Source: Macrostomum lignano (Eukaryota). Taken from it: DNA of 64,000 nt. A model generated the notes under the pieces. The model made no database searches, was not told the origin of the DNA, and was given only the letters and a program-made list of their open reading frames with translations. This document shows positions 1 through 38,524 of this stretch, piece by piece. Every line of letters begins with the position of its first letter. Position 1 is the first letter of the stretch. The position numbers and the translations under genes are program-made. The stretch is taken from the NCBI GenBank assembly GCA_002269645.1, contig NIVC01000208.1, positions 310,001 to 374,000 on the forward strand. The letters are read 5' to 3'.

Positions 1-25272
<25,272 letters not shown>

Positions 25273-25609
25273 GATTTTTGCTTGTTAGTTAGTTTTTAAA
25301 AGAATATGATTGTCTATTGAAGATCTTCAGCAAGCCAATATTATATAATCAGTAGGTTTCGCTCGGATGCAAAAATCTGACGCATCTGATCTGAGGTACT
25401 TCAGTAGACTCGAATGTTTTAAAATCCGCTGGGTCAAGCGACCTCGCCGAATACCAGAGGGGGATTTAATAGGATATTGACAGGCTTCGCCACCTTATGA
25501 GTCGGGAATCCGGCACCTTGCCATCCCACCCCATCTCCGCTATCCCCTCCCCACCCCATTCTGTCTTCTCCACTCTCTTCCAGTTGCCATTTCCCCAGTG
25601 TCAAAAAAG

Positions 25610-25730
25610 ATTATTGGCCTGAAAAACTGCCGCCAATGAAAGGCGGAGGCTGATTTGGCCAGAGGCGTGCGGAGCGTCGCAAGGCAGATCTTTGGTGCAA
25701 GAATAACATTGGATTAACGACCAATGGGAA
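25610..25730 (-). promoter_or_regulatory. Candidate neuroligin promoter: cluster of CCAAT/ATTGG boxes
   Basis: ATTGG at 25613, CCAAT at 25633, ATTGG at 25708 and CCAAT at 25721, in a GC-richer patch ~340-450 bp upstream of the ATG. The TSS is not known. Confidence 0.3.
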
Positions 25731-26984
25731 TATAGCTAGTATATAGACCAGCCTAGATTCTCTCATGCAACATACTACTGAATGAAGACACGATTTACAA
25801 CAAAGGTAGTCTTAAAAACAACTTAATCCTTAATCTCTAATGCGAAAGTTTACTGGGTAATGCTTTAAAGTACGATGAAAACGCAGATAAAGACTTTCAT
25901 TCTCCTTTGTTTTTCCCTATTTCCCTGAGGGGGGGGCGAGAATTGCTAGTCTTAATAATCCAAATATACTAAACATATAAAAATTACAAGATGCGATAGT
26001 TGAAAGTAACATTTTATTTTAGACTAAGGTAGCTACTTCACTGAGCGATAAGACGGTTCTTTAGTAAGGTGCAATTATCGGGCACACAGACACGCAAGCA
26101 CGAACAGCAAGAAGCTATTGACAAATTTCAAGGCAAACCACCTAGATAATTTGTACAGCTCATGGGATCATAGCAACCCAAAGTTAAAGTGTTGTGCTCT
26201 ATCATCCTTCGCTGACTTCTAATTAAGCGACACTTAAAAAAACTCTTGACGGAGAAGTTCCAGCCGAGGTTTTGACCGCGGCCCGGGACACTCCAAGCGC
26301 AAGGACAGGAAAGTAAAGGAAGGCAAACACATACTTAGTCACATACAGTACGGAGAAGAGCGGAGAACAGGGATCGTCAGTGACCTGAACTGCAGCCAAA
26401 TCCAATACCTCAATGCTGTATATTGCATTATATAGAGCTAAAGGTCAACCATATTGAAGAAAAAAACCAATTTTACTTAGTTTCAAACGGAAGCTAAGAA
26501 AACCTACCCTGCATATATATAACTCTGAAACTCCGCTTTAGAACTCTCTCCCCCTCAATTTCGAATTGGTTGAGCAACCAGGCATAACCGCTTGACCGAT
26601 GACCTATCTGATTCTATCGACCGGACGAGAAGCTTATGAGAAGAGAGAACCAAACAGAAGAGAAAAATAATAGTGTCACAAAGGAGATGGCGACAGGTTG
26701 TTTCCCACCCAAATCCCAAAAAACCCAACCAGACAAAAACATGATGGTGGTGGCGTCATGCACGAGAGGAAAGCGCGGAACCTAATCTAATTTAACGAGG
26801 CAAAGCACGCAATGCAAAACAAATATTACTGTTTATTATTAGAAGAAAAAATTAATAAATCAAGCTAATACCATAATATAAATTCTGATTTCGTCGGATC
26901 GGACTTCCCAGATGCCAATGCGTATGATGAAGCACTGGGATACAACAGCTCAATGGATATTACTTAGATGCAAAAGTGAAATGG

Positions 26985-27960
26985 GGAATTACTGAGATGT
27001 CACATATCAAATGGGGAATTACTGGGATGTCACAGATCAAAGGGGAATTACTGAGATGCCACAGATCAAATGGGGAATTACTGGGATGCCACAGATCAAA
27101 GGACAATTACTGAGATGCCACAGATCAAAGGGGAGTTACTGAGATGCCACAGATCAAAGGGGAATTACTGAGATGCGACACATCAAAGGGGGATTACTGA
27201 GATGCCGCAGATCAAAGGGGAGTTACTGAGATGCCACAGATCAAAGGGGAGTTACTGAGATGTCACAGATCAAATGGGGAATTACTGGGATGTCACAGAT
27301 CAAATGGGAATTACTGAGATGCCACAGATCAAATGGGGAATTACTGGGATGCCACAGATCAAAGGACAATTACTGAGATGCCACAGATCAAAGGGGAGTT
27401 ACTGAGATGCGACACATCAAAGGGGGATTACTGAGATGCCGCAGATCAAAGGGGAGTTACTGAGATGCGACACATCAAAGGGGGATTACTGAGATGCCGC
27501 AGATCAAAGGGGAGTTACTGAGATGCGACACATCAAAGGGGATTACTGAGATGCCGCAGATCAAAGGGGAGTTACTGAGATGCCGCAGATCAAAGGGGAG
27601 TTACTGAGATGTCACAGATCAAAGGGGAGTTACTGAGATGCCACAGATCAAAGGGGAGTTACTGAGATGCCACAGATCAAAGGGGAATTACTGAGATGCG
27701 ACACATCAAATGGGGAATTACTGAGATGCCACAGATCAAATGGGGAATTACTGAGATGCCACAGATCAAATGGGGAATTACTGAGATGCGACACATCAAA
27801 GGGGAATTACTGAGATGCCACATATCAAATGGGGAATTACTGAGATGCCACAGATCAAATGGGGAATTACTGAGATGCCACAGATCAAATGGGGAATTAC
27901 TGAGATGCGACACATCAAAGGGGAATTACTGAGATGCCACATATCAAATGGGGAATTACT
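26985..27960. repeat. Minisatellite, 29-30-bp GGGGAATTACTGAGATGCCACAGATCAAA(T)
   Basis: Tandem copies visible. Confidence 0.95.
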
Positions 27961-28684
27961 GATACGAGCGTATGCAAAACTTCAAAGAAAAAACAAGGAT
28001 CATAGAGAATCGATCATTTAATAGTCGCTAATGAATGAAATTGTTTTAAAAGATTTTAAATTATGTTTTTTTAGGCGCATGACACTAAAGTTAAAACGTG
28101 TGGTTATTATTAGCTCCACTATTCATACAACTTTTCCGTCTGCTATTTTGCCTCCGTTTGAAAGACGCCCGACAATTATCAAAAGTGCACACGCATCCAA
28201 CTATCCTAGCTAAATAGTCGGCGATCAATTCTAGCCCCACAGTACAGCAGGGAGCTCACGGCCAACAATCAAACAATACGATAGAGAGCTAGCAGGGCTT
28301 GGAAGAAAAAAAGTCAGAGTTACCGCCCAGACCGACTCAGGCGCTTCATCACGCAGGCTCAGATGCCACACACACACACGCGCGCGCGCATTGGCATATT
28401 TATAGTCATAAGAGAATACTTAGCCTCTATAATAGACTGATAAACAATTTCAAGCCACCCTCCTCCCATTACCATCAATTTTTTTGTGTATTGTTTGTTT
28501 TATGCACCGCATTGACCTATGAGGCTTTTTTTCGATACAACTTCGTAATAGAAAAGATCTGTTCTGTTTTCTCTCTCTCCCATAACCAATATAGGGTCAA
28601 GAATAAACGGCCACACACGAAGAAAAATATATCCTGAATTTAGCTAATTCAAGGAGAATTTTGATGGATTACCTGACAGTAACA

Positions 28685-29290
28685 GCTGGATGCCTGAGAC
28701 AGCCTTTTCATCTACTTTTCCAGCTGATGACTGCCAGCTGATGATTGCCAGCTAATGATTTCCAGCTAACAATTGCCAGCTAATGATTGCCAGCTGATGA
28801 TTGCCAGCTAATGATTGCCAGCAATGATTGCCAGCTAATGATTGCCAGCTAACAATTTCTAGCTAGGGATTGTCAGCTGATGATTGCCAGCTGATGATTG
28901 CCAGCTAATGATTGCCAGCAAATGATTGCCAGCTAATGATTGCCAGATAATGATTGCCAGCTAATGATTGCCAGCTAATGATTGCCAGCTAATGATTGCC
29001 AGCTAATGATTGCCAGCTAATGATTGCCAGCTGATGATTGCCACCTAATGATTGCCAGCTAACAATTGCCAGCTAACAATTGCCAGCTAACAATTGCCAG
29101 CTGATGATTGCCAGCTAATGATTGCCAGCTAACAATAGCCAATTAACAATTTCCAGATTCCAGCTGATGATTGCCAGCTAATGATTGCCAGCTAACAATT
29201 GCCAATTAACAATTTTCAGATTCCAGCTAATGATTGCCAGCTAACAATTACCAGCTGATGATTTCCAGCTAAAATAAAAAAATTACCAGC
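28685..29290. repeat. Minisatellite, 14-bp CTAATGATTGCCAG
   Basis: Tandem copies visible. Confidence 0.93.
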
Positions 29291-29744
29291 TCTCCAGAAC
29301 TATTGACACTCCAAATCATCCTTCAGAGTTCTACTTGGCTAAAAATATTTTGAATTATTGCTGATAATAAAGCAAAGCAAACACCCAAAATTGACCCAGT
29401 AATTGGATACGAATTCACCTTAATAAGGCCGGCTTATAATTGATGGGTCGGGCTAAATTATTGCTTAGAGTGCGTTACTGACACTAAGGCAACTACTGTG
29501 TAACGCTCATCAATTAGACTTTACAAATAGAAAAAAAGATGAATACAAACAAAATGAAATAATTATAGTCGTAGATTTTATTAAACATTTAAATAATACA
29601 TAAATTACTTTTAACATTTTTTATAGATAAATATACACACATGCATATACATACAACAATATTAACAATTATATTGTCCAATATTTTGTAATAAAATTAC
29701 AAGTTACTATTTGCATAGTTTAGAAACTGAAATATTGAAAATTA

Positions 29745-30300
29745 TCTCTAGATTTCCCCTGATTGTCCTATCTAAATTCCCCCTGATTCTCCTATCTAAA
29801 TTCCCCCTGATTCTCCTATCTAAATTCCCCCTGATTCTCCTATCTAGATTCCCCCTGATTCTCCCATCTAGATTCCCTATGATTCTCCTATCTAGATTCC
29901 CCCTGATTCTCCTATCTAGATTCCCTATGATTCTCACATCTAGATTCCCCCTGATTCTCCTATCTAAATTCCCCCTGATTCTCCTATCTAAATTCCCCCT
30001 GATTCTCCTATCTAGATTCCCCCTGATTCTCCCATCTAGATTCCCTATGATTCTCCTATCTAGATTCCCCCTGATTCTCCTATCTAAATTCCCCCTGATT
30101 CTCCTATCTAGATTCCCCCTGATTCTCCTATCTAAATTCCCCCTGATTCTCCTATCTAGATTCCCCCTGATTCTCCCATCTAGATTCCCTATGATTCTCC
30201 TATCTAGATTCCCCTGATTCTCACATCTAGATTCCCCCTGATTCTCCTATCTAAATTCCCCCTGATTCTCCTATCTAGATCCTCCAGATTTCCCCAGACC
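29745..30300. repeat. Minisatellite, 24-bp CTAGATTCCCCCTGATTCTCCTAT
   Basis: Tandem copies 3' of TRAPPC2. Confidence 0.95.
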
Positions 30301-30448
30301 CTATCTATGTATCTAAATCTGACCTGTCTCTGTCTTATAGACCTAGATCCCCAAAAATCGCATAATATAGAATACTGAATCAAAACTACTAGAAAGTAAC
30401 AGAAAGTACTTTTTCTTTTTGCCAACGAGAAAAGCTACTCAAGTTTTT

Positions 30449-30862
30449 TTAGTTGAGAAATTTCCTAGCAAACTGCTGGGCTTTCCTATCAAATGCCGCA
30501 GATTTAATCGGTGACTGAGGCTGATAAAACGGATTCAATGCCAGCTTAACGTAGGTCTCAAACATCTCTGAGAAGAAGTGCCGGATTCCGTCCTCATTTT
30601 TAGTGTCGTGCAGAATCAGCAGCCGCAACCGGCTCGGCGTGACAAAAGCGCTGACAAACAAGTCGTTGAATTTGTCAACAGTTTTCAAGTACATCGAACT
30701 GGACGACCAAAGCGATTCGTCGACAATGTCCAAGGCGGAGTTGGCAACCAGCTGATTGAGGTGTCGGTGGTCATCTCTTCTGTCACCTGTCCTAGAAGCT
30801 GAGTGCTCCAACTCGTAGATGGCCTCGTCTTTTGGGTTCACGATGACAAAGTAATAAGACAT
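30449..30862 (-). CDS. TRAPPC2: Trafficking protein particle complex subunit 2 (sedlin/Trs20), intronless, 137 aa
   Basis: MSYYFVIV..DDHRHLNQLVANSALDIVDE..MYLKTVDKFNDLFVSAFVT..NPFYQPQSPIKSAAFDRK matches sedlin over its whole length. The true ATG is at 30862; the longer listed ORF extends into the upstream minisatellite. Confidence 0.95.
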   Translation of the reverse strand: MSYYFVIVNPKDEAIYELEHSASRTGDRRDDHRHLNQLVANSALDIVDESLWSSSSMYLKTVDKFNDLFVSAFVTPSRLRLLILHDTKNEDGIRHFFSEMFETYVKLALNPFYQPQSPIKSAAFDRKAQQFARKFLN

Positions 30863-30977
30863 GCTTTTGGATAGCAACTGTTGATTAATGGGAGCCTTGC
30901 TGAAATGGGAATATAAAGATCTGGTTAGAAACATTTCTAATAGCGTGATTACCTTGCTAAAAAGACATTTAAAAAGC

Positions 30978-31702
30978 TGCCCCAGCAACTGAGGATCTGG
31001 AAGACTGGCCCAGCAACTGAGGATCTGGGAGGCTGGCCCAGCAACTGACACTCTGAGAGGCTGGCCCAGCAACTGAGGATCTGGGAGGCTGGCCTAGCAA
31101 CTGATGATCTGGGAGGCTGGCCTAGCAACTGATGATCTGGGAGGCTGCCCCAGCAACTGAGGATCTGGGATACTGGCCCAGCAACTGAGGATCAGAGAGG
31201 CTGCCCCAGCAACTGAGGATCTGGGAGGCTGGTGGCCCAGCAACTGAGGATCTGGGAGGCTGGCCCAGCATCTGAGAATCTGGGAGGCTGGTGGCCCAGC
31301 AACTGAGGATCTAGGAGGTTGCCCCAGCAACTGAGGATCTGGGAGGCTGGCCCAGCAACTGAGGATCTAGGAGGTTGCCCCAGCAACTGGGGATCTGGGA
31401 GGCTGGTGGCCTAGCAACTGGGGATCTAGGAGGCTGGTGGCCCAGCAACTGAGGATCTAGGAGGCTGGTGGCCCCAGCAACTGAGGATCTGGGAGGCTGG
31501 TGGCCCCAGCAACTGAGGATCTGGGAGGCTGGTGGCCCAGCAACTGAGGATCTAGGAGGCTGGTGGCCCCAGCAACTGAGGATCTGGGAGGCTGGTGGCC
31601 CAGCAACTGAGGATCTGGGAGGCTGGTGGCCCCAGCAACTGAGGATCTGGGAGGCAGGTGGCCCAGCAACTGAGGATCTGGGAGGCTGGCCCAGCAACTG
31701 AG
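30978..31702. repeat. Minisatellite family B, 28-32-bp CCCAGCAACTGAGGATCTGGGAGGCTGG(TGG), upstream of TRAPPC2
   Basis: Tandem copies; the same unit occurs at 37695-38080 and 38525-39095. Confidence 0.95.
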
Positions 31703-32374
31703 AATATGAATGAATAGGACTTATTTTTAATCAAAAAAAGATTCAATTCAATTAGAAAATGTGCACGCACTAATAAGAAGCGATTTTGACAGAGATATCG
31801 CTTTTGAGAAAAGGCAAAGGGCAAACTATCAAACACAAGCTCACGCTTAGTAAACATACGATAAGATATCTGCATTTAATGTGCACTCGGAATTTGTATA
31901 AAATAATTAGATTGCAATCTTTTTGACGTCAATTTATAATTGAACATTGCTTCTTCAGCCGAGGTCTCAACTCTCAGCTGTAGGGGGGGGGGGGCACTTC
32001 AAAAACAGTAGTTCCCAATCCATTTTTGATGACTTTGACGCGACTTAAAATCGGTATTAACGAGAGAAAGAGAAAGAGAGGCTTGAACAACATGGTTGGA
32101 ATTTGATGATCTGCCAATCAGATGGATGGATTGAGCGACCAGGGAATAACTATTTTGAAGGATAATGTACTTTTAAAATTGAAGTGAAATGTCAAGTTAA
32201 TAATTTATGCTACGCATAGAAAAGTGGCATGTTAACTAGCTGCTATTCACTTTTAGAAGACACGTGCTTTAATGAAATGAAATGAAAAATCTAAAGCGAT
32301 CGATCAGGCACCAAGTGTACGGCGGTGCGAAGGATTAAGGTAAAGGATTAGAGATTGACCGACAATGACTAGGG

Positions 32375-33010
32375 ATTAGCGACAAGGATTAGGGGTGGGG
32401 CGACAAGGATTAGGGTTAGGGCGACAAGGATTAGGGTTAGGGCGAAAAAACTAGGGGTGGGGCGACAAGGATTAGGGTTAGGGCGAAAAAACTAGGGGTG
32501 GGGCGACAAGGATTAGGGTTAGGGCGAAAAATTAGGGGTGGGGCGACAAGGATTAGGGTTAGGGCAAAAAATTAGGGGTGGGGCGACAAGGATTAGGGTT
32601 TAGGGCGAAAAAATTAGGGGTGGGGCGACAAGGATTAGGGGTGGGCGAAAAGGATTAGGGTTAGGGCAAAAAATTAGGGGTGGGGCGACAAGGATTAGGG
32701 TTAGGGCGAAAAATTAGGGGTGGGGCGACAAGGATTAGGGTTAGGGAGAAAAATTAGGGGTGGGGCGACAAGGATTAGGGGTGGGGCGAAAAGGATTAGG
32801 GGTGGGGCGACAAGGATTAGGGGTGGGGCGAAAAGGATTAGGGTTAGGGAGAAAAATTAGGGGTGGGGCGACAAGGATTAGGGTTAGGGCGAAAAATTAG
32901 GGGTGGGGCGACAAGGATTAGGGTTAGGGAGAAAAATTAGGGGTGGGGCGACAAGGATTAGGGTTAGGGAGAAAAATTAGGGGTGGGGCGACAAGGATTA
33001 GGGATGGAGA
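32375..33010. repeat. G-rich ~41-bp minisatellite containing TTAGGGTTAGGG (telomere-like, G-quadruplex-prone)
   Basis: Unit GGGGTGGGGCGACAAGGATTAGGGTTAGGGCGAAAAAATTA. Confidence 0.93.
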
Positions 33011-33654
33011 TTGGAGATTAGGATACAAGCACGCTGTGAAGATACAGTGCATACGTATAGACGCAGGGGAAAAAATTTAGGAGATACACATGAGCAATTA
33101 AGGCAGACAGACAGCTTAGCTACATAAAACATCGGAAGAAGACTGAAGATCAAAAAAGAGAAACAGAGATAAGATTATAAGATCGAACGGGGGGGGGTTA
33201 ATTGAATTGGCACACACGCATGGATGTCTGAATTGAGGTATCTGGACTGACACATTTCGCCCATTATCTCCCCAATCGGTTTCCAATCCGAACAATCTTA
33301 ATAGAGCTTGATTAATCGAGCTAAGAGGCCGGGAGCTTTTAGATTTCTGCTTTAAGACTTCTTAATATGCCCTGTGTCTGTAGCTGACAGCTCCAGCTAT
33401 GAAAAATATAAGCCCGGTGAAAATGATACTTATATTATGGATGACGCAACACTGACCGACAATGAGGTTTAAAAAATCGAAGCTATTTATATTAAAATGC
33501 AGTTCATATAAGCAGAATAGCTTTTTTCTTACACACTGAAGTCATTTTATTTATTAAAAGTAAAATATATGTATATTTAAAATAGGAGGAATAACAAACG
33601 GTTGAATTGATTTTAAAGCACAGCAAAGTACTGAATACTTTGGTGCAATTTTAG

Positions 33655-34290
33655 GGTGATTTTTCTAGCAATCCTGAGGGCGATCTTTCTGGCCATCTCG
33701 GGGCGATTTTTTGTTTCTAGCAATCTTGAGGGCGATCATGAGGGCGATTTTTCTAGCGATCTTGAGGGCGATCATGAGGGCGATTTTTCTAGCGATCTTG
33801 AGGGCGATTTTTCGTTTCTAGCAATCTTGAGGGCGATCTTGAGGGCGATTTTTCTAGCGATCTTAAAGGCGATTTTTTGTTTCTAGCAATCTCAAGGGCA
33901 ATTTTTCGTCTCTAGGAATTTTAAGGGCGATTTTCTAGCAATCTTGAGGGTGATTTTTCAAGCAATCTAGAGGGCGATTTTCTAGCAATCTTGAGGGCGA
34001 TTTTTCTAGTGATCTTGAGGGCGATTTTTCGTTTCTAGCAATCTTAAAGGCGATTTTTCGTTTCTAGCAATCTTGAGGGCGATCTTGGGGCGATTTTTCT
34101 AGCGATCTTGAGGGCGATTTTTCTAGCGATCTTAAAGGCGATTTTTTGTTTCTAGCAATCTCAAGGGCAATTTTTCGTCTCTAGGAATTTTAAGGGCGAT
34201 TTTCTAGCAATCTTGAGGGCGATTTTTCTGGCGATCTTGAGGGTGATTTTTCCTTTCTAGCAATCTTGAGGGCGATTTTTCTAGCGGTTT
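33655..34290. repeat. Minisatellite, ~23-bp TTTTCTAGCAATCTTGAGGGCGA, 3' of TRNT1
   Basis: Tandem degenerate copies. Confidence 0.9.
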
Positions 34291-34366
34291 TAGGAAAATC
34301 GCTCATTCTAAATGCTACAATGCGTTATAACACCTCAAAACAAGCAGCAACTTTGTTAAACACAAG

Positions 34367-37300
34367 TCATTTATTTTTGCTTTTCTTCTTTGTTTTATCG
34401 CTTCTATCAATTGTGTCACAGGTAGCGTCGTCGGAAGAATCGTTGGACCGTTTAACAGTTGACTGACCCAGCTGTGTGAGCACGCGGACTCGGACTTCTT
34501 CTCTTAATAGCGTGGCCTCATCGGCAGTGTAGCGACTGTCTCGCCATTCTAATCGCAACAGATCAATGATCTGGCCGAGAATCGGGCCTTTGCCAGCGAT
34601 TGACAATCTCCAATTGGATAAAATGCTGTGACCGTTCACTGGAAACTTTGGCGGCCACCACTGCGATATGGTTGGCAGTAGGGTAGCGGCTTGGCCTGTG
34701 TACAGCAGCAGCTGAACTACTCTCTGCTTGGTGCGGGGGTCTTTGCCCGAGGTTAGAGCGGCTAGGTCCTGCGGGATTGGCGGTTGGGGGGCGATTCTTA
34801 TGGATGGCTGAGGGGCAATTCTTATTGATGGCTGAGGGGCGATTCTTATTGATGGCTGAGGGGCGATTCTTATTGATGGCTGAGGGGCGATTCTTATTGA
34901 TGGCTGAGGGGCGATTCTTATTGATGGCTGAGGGGCGATTCTTATTGATGGCTGAGGGGCGATTCTTATTGATGGCTGAGGGGCGATTCTTATTGATGGC
35001 TGAGGGGCGATTCTTATGGATGGCTGAAGGGCGATTCTTATGGATGGCTGGGGGAGATTCTTATGGATGGCTGAGGGGCGATTCTTATGGATGGCTGAGG
35101 GGCGATTCTTATTGATGGCTGAGGGGCGATTCTTATTGGTGGCTGAGGGGCGATTCTTATTGATGGCTGAGGGGCGATTCTTATTGATGGCTGAGGGGCG
35201 ATTCTTATTGATGGCTGAGGGGCGATTCTTATTGATGGCTGAGGGGCGATTCTTATTGATGGCTGAGGGGCGATTCTTATTGATGGCTGAGGGGCGATTC
35301 TTATTGATGGCTGAGGGGCGATTCTTATTGATAGCTGGGGAGGGGCGATTTCAAACAGCACCTACCTGATAAAAATCCCTCTGCTCTTCAACCGAGTTGT
35401 CAACCAAAGCCAGCGCAGCCCCGCGATGCTCCAGCACAAACCTCAACACGCCCAATTCTTCATTGGAAAACTTCAGTCTGGCATGAGCAGTCTCCAACTC
35501 GTCATTAGATCTGAGCAGTGCCGCCAGAAACACAGCCGGCACTGGTCGATACTCCGACATTGTCGGTGTCAGCGGCAGGCGGTTTAAAACGACGCCGAGC
35601 TCTTGAACATTGGGCTCCGCTGGTAGGCCAATGAAGGCGCACACACCGCAGCTTGCCATGGCTCCAATGAGATCGTCAGGTCGCCGACCTGCAAGGATCT
35701 GCTTCAGCTCCACCCAGATTCTCTCCCCGGCTATGCCGCCCAGTCCAGCCGCATTCTGAGCTACCGCCGCCAAAGTCTCCTTATCAGCCTCATCAGCGAC
35801 ACTGATTGGCATCAAGCGTCGCTCGGCAATCCGGCCGTGAAATCGAAAGTAGCGCAATATTCGCAGGTAATCTTCTCGAATTCTGTCGCCGGCATCGCCG
35901 ACAAAACGAACGCGTCGGGTTGCCAAGTCGTTGCGGCCGTTAAAGTAGTCGTAGAGCTGGCCTTCCAAGTCTAAAAACATCGCGTTGATGGTGAGATCGC
36001 GACGTGAAGCGTCCAGAGCCCAATCGCGAGTGAACTCAACGATGGCGTGGCGACCGTCGGTGACTCGGTCGATGCGCAGTGTGGTGACCTGGCGATTGTA
36101 TGGTATTGGGGTGGAGGGGATGGCTTGGCTTGTTGACCGGAATCTAACCCATCTCAACCTAGAATCTCGCCTATCTCAACATAGAATCTCACCTATCTCA
36201 ACCCAGAATCTCACCTATCTCAACATAGAATCTCACCTATCTCAACATAGAATCTCACCTATCTCAACCCGGAATTTCACCTATCTCAACCCAGAATCTC
36301 ACCTATCTCAACCCAGAATCTCACCTATCTCAACCCAGAATCTCACCTATCCCAACCCAGAATCTCACCATCTCAACCCAGAATCTCACCTATCTTAACC
36401 CAGAATCTCACCTATCTCAACCCAGAATCTCACCTATCTCAACCCAGAATCTCACCTATCTCAACCCAGAATCTCACTTATCTCAACCCAGAATCTCACC
36501 TATCTCAACATAGAATCTCACCTATCTCAACATAGAATCTCACCTATCTCAACCCGGAATTTCACCTATCTCAACCCAGAATCTCACCTATCTCAACCCA
36601 GAATCTCACCTATCTCAACCCAGAATCTCACCTATCCCAACCCAGAATCTCACCATCTCAACCCAGAATCTCACCTATCTTAACCCAGAATCTCACCTAT
36701 CAACCCAGAATCTCACCTATCTCAACCCAGAATCTCACCTATCTCAACCCAGAATCTCACTTATCTCAACCCAGAATCTCACCTATCTCAACCCAGAATC
36801 TCACCTATCCCAACCCAGAATCTCACCTATCTCAACCCAGAAACTCACCTATCCCAACCCAGAATCTCACCTATCTCAACCCAGAATCTTACATATTTCA
36901 ACCTAGAATCTTACCTATTTCAACCCAGAAGCTCACTATCGCAAACTGGAATCTCACTTAGATCAAACCGGAATCTCACTTATCTCAACTCGGAATCTTA
37001 ATTATCCCAACCCGGAATCTCAATTATCTCAACCAGGAATCTCCAATTATCTCAAACTGGAATCTCATCATCTAGCTAAACGTAGAATGTCACCTATCTC
37101 CTTAGTGAGAAACCGGGATCTCACTTATACCCCCCAGAACGAAATCTAACTTTAATCTCCACAGAAACCTCACCTCGAAGTTCTCGGCATCTCCAATCCT
37201 AGCTGTGACAGTGCCATGGGCCAATCCGTTAGAATTAATCATTCGAACACCTTCAGCATTGAACATACTGACCATCTCTTCGGGTGTGGCGGTAGTGGCA

Positions 37301-37551
37301 AAGTCCAAATCATGCGGAGTCTTACTCATCAGTAAGTCTCGTACGGCGCCACCGGCTAGCCGGAGTTCGAATCCGTGCTTAGCAAATATGCTAGATAATT
37401 GTTGCAGATTTGGAGTGAACAGCGATTTGAATCGATCTCTCACATCAGTGTTTGATGAGGATGTCGCTGAGGTGGCTTCGTCCAACTGCATGACTACTAG
37501 GCGAGGTATGATAGAGCGTTTGGCGAGACCGCTGAGGCAGCGATGCAGCAT
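34367..37551 (-). CDS. TRNT1: CCA tRNA nucleotidyltransferase (class II CCA-adding enzyme), ~500 aa. Exons: 37551-37174, 36088-35366, 34768-34367
   Basis: Contains AGGAVRDLL, DLDFATTATP, NFE|VTTLRIDRVTDGRHA, RRDLTIN, EDYLRILRYFRF, GERIWVELK and PPKFPVNG. Both introns are GT-AG, phase 0, and the exon lengths are multiples of 3. Confidence 0.95.
34788..35350. repeat. Minisatellite, 24-bp GGCTGAGGGGCGATTCTTATTGAT filling TRNT1 intron 2
   Basis: Tandem copies. Confidence 0.96.
36140..37075. repeat. Minisatellite, 22-bp CTATCTCAACCCAGAATCTCAC filling TRNT1 intron 1
   Basis: Tandem copies. Confidence 0.96.
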
Positions 37552-37694
37552 GTGTGGCTTGCTGATGTGAGCTGTCAATCAACTGACATGAAGCGAAGCA
37601 AAATTTAAAGCATAAACTAAGACTTTATTCATATTTAACCCGTACTAACGATAGTAGCTTATTGAGTTTAGTACTGTTTTCAAAAGCCTAAAAG

Positions 37695-38080
37695 GCCAAG
37701 CAACAGAGGATCTGGGAGGCTGGTGGCCTAGCAACTGGGGATCTGGGAGGCTGGCCCAGCAACTGAGGATCTGGGAGGCTGGTGGCCTAGCAACTGAGGA
37801 TCTGGGAGGCTGGTGGCCTAGCAACTGAGGATCTGGGAGGCTGGCCCAGCAATTGGGGATCTGGGAGGCTGGTGGCCTAGCAACTGAGTCTGGGAGGCTG
37901 GCCCAGCAACTGGGGATCAGGGAGGCTGGCCCAGCAACTGGGGATCTGGGAGGCTGGCCCAGCAACTGGGGATCTGGGAGGCTGGCCCAGCAACTGAGGA
38001 TCTGGGAGGCTGGCCCAGCAACTGAGGATCTGGGAGGCTGGTGGCCTAGCAATTGAGTCTGGGAGGCTGGCCCAGCAACA
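37695..38080. repeat. Minisatellite family B, array 2, upstream of TRNT1
   Basis: Same unit as 30978-31702. Confidence 0.95.
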
Positions 38081-38524
38081 AAATCTAAAGTGATAAGGTA
38101 TAAAACACGAGTTAGAATGTCCAACAAATCTAAATCTTAATTCCCAACTGGAAGCAAGCATTGCTAAAAATCGATTAGATTATCAATACAAAGCAGTTCC
38201 AATGATAGCCGTATTCAAGAGTGTAAGCAATTAAAAGATTTTTTTCAAAATATTTTACTTATGATGCCTAACCAAAATGAATGCCAAGAACTTAAATCGA
38301 TCAAATTGAAATTAACACCGCCCAAAATGTTGGGTTCATTCTTTTGTCACCAAATTGCTTTTAAACATGCCAGTTGAAGATGAGGAAGAAGAAGACGGTT
38401 ACAGTGCAAATAAACGACCCTTAAAGATTGAAAACATGTTTATTTGCGGCTTTAAAATTATAATTTGACTTTGTAACTAAACCTTGCAAGGTGATTTTCA
38501 TTTCATTTTGACGCTTGGCCCATT

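Noticed and set aside
30863-31072. 70-aa N-terminal extension of TRAPPC2 in the ORF track
   Set aside because: It runs through minisatellite and acceptor sequence; family homology starts at MSYYFVIV (30862).
31997-32161. Imperfect ~20-bp inverted repeat (CTTCAAAAACAGTAGTTCCC / GGGAATAACTATTTTGAAG)
   Set aside because: Only ~75% identical, a single instance and no TSD; too weak to call a MITE.
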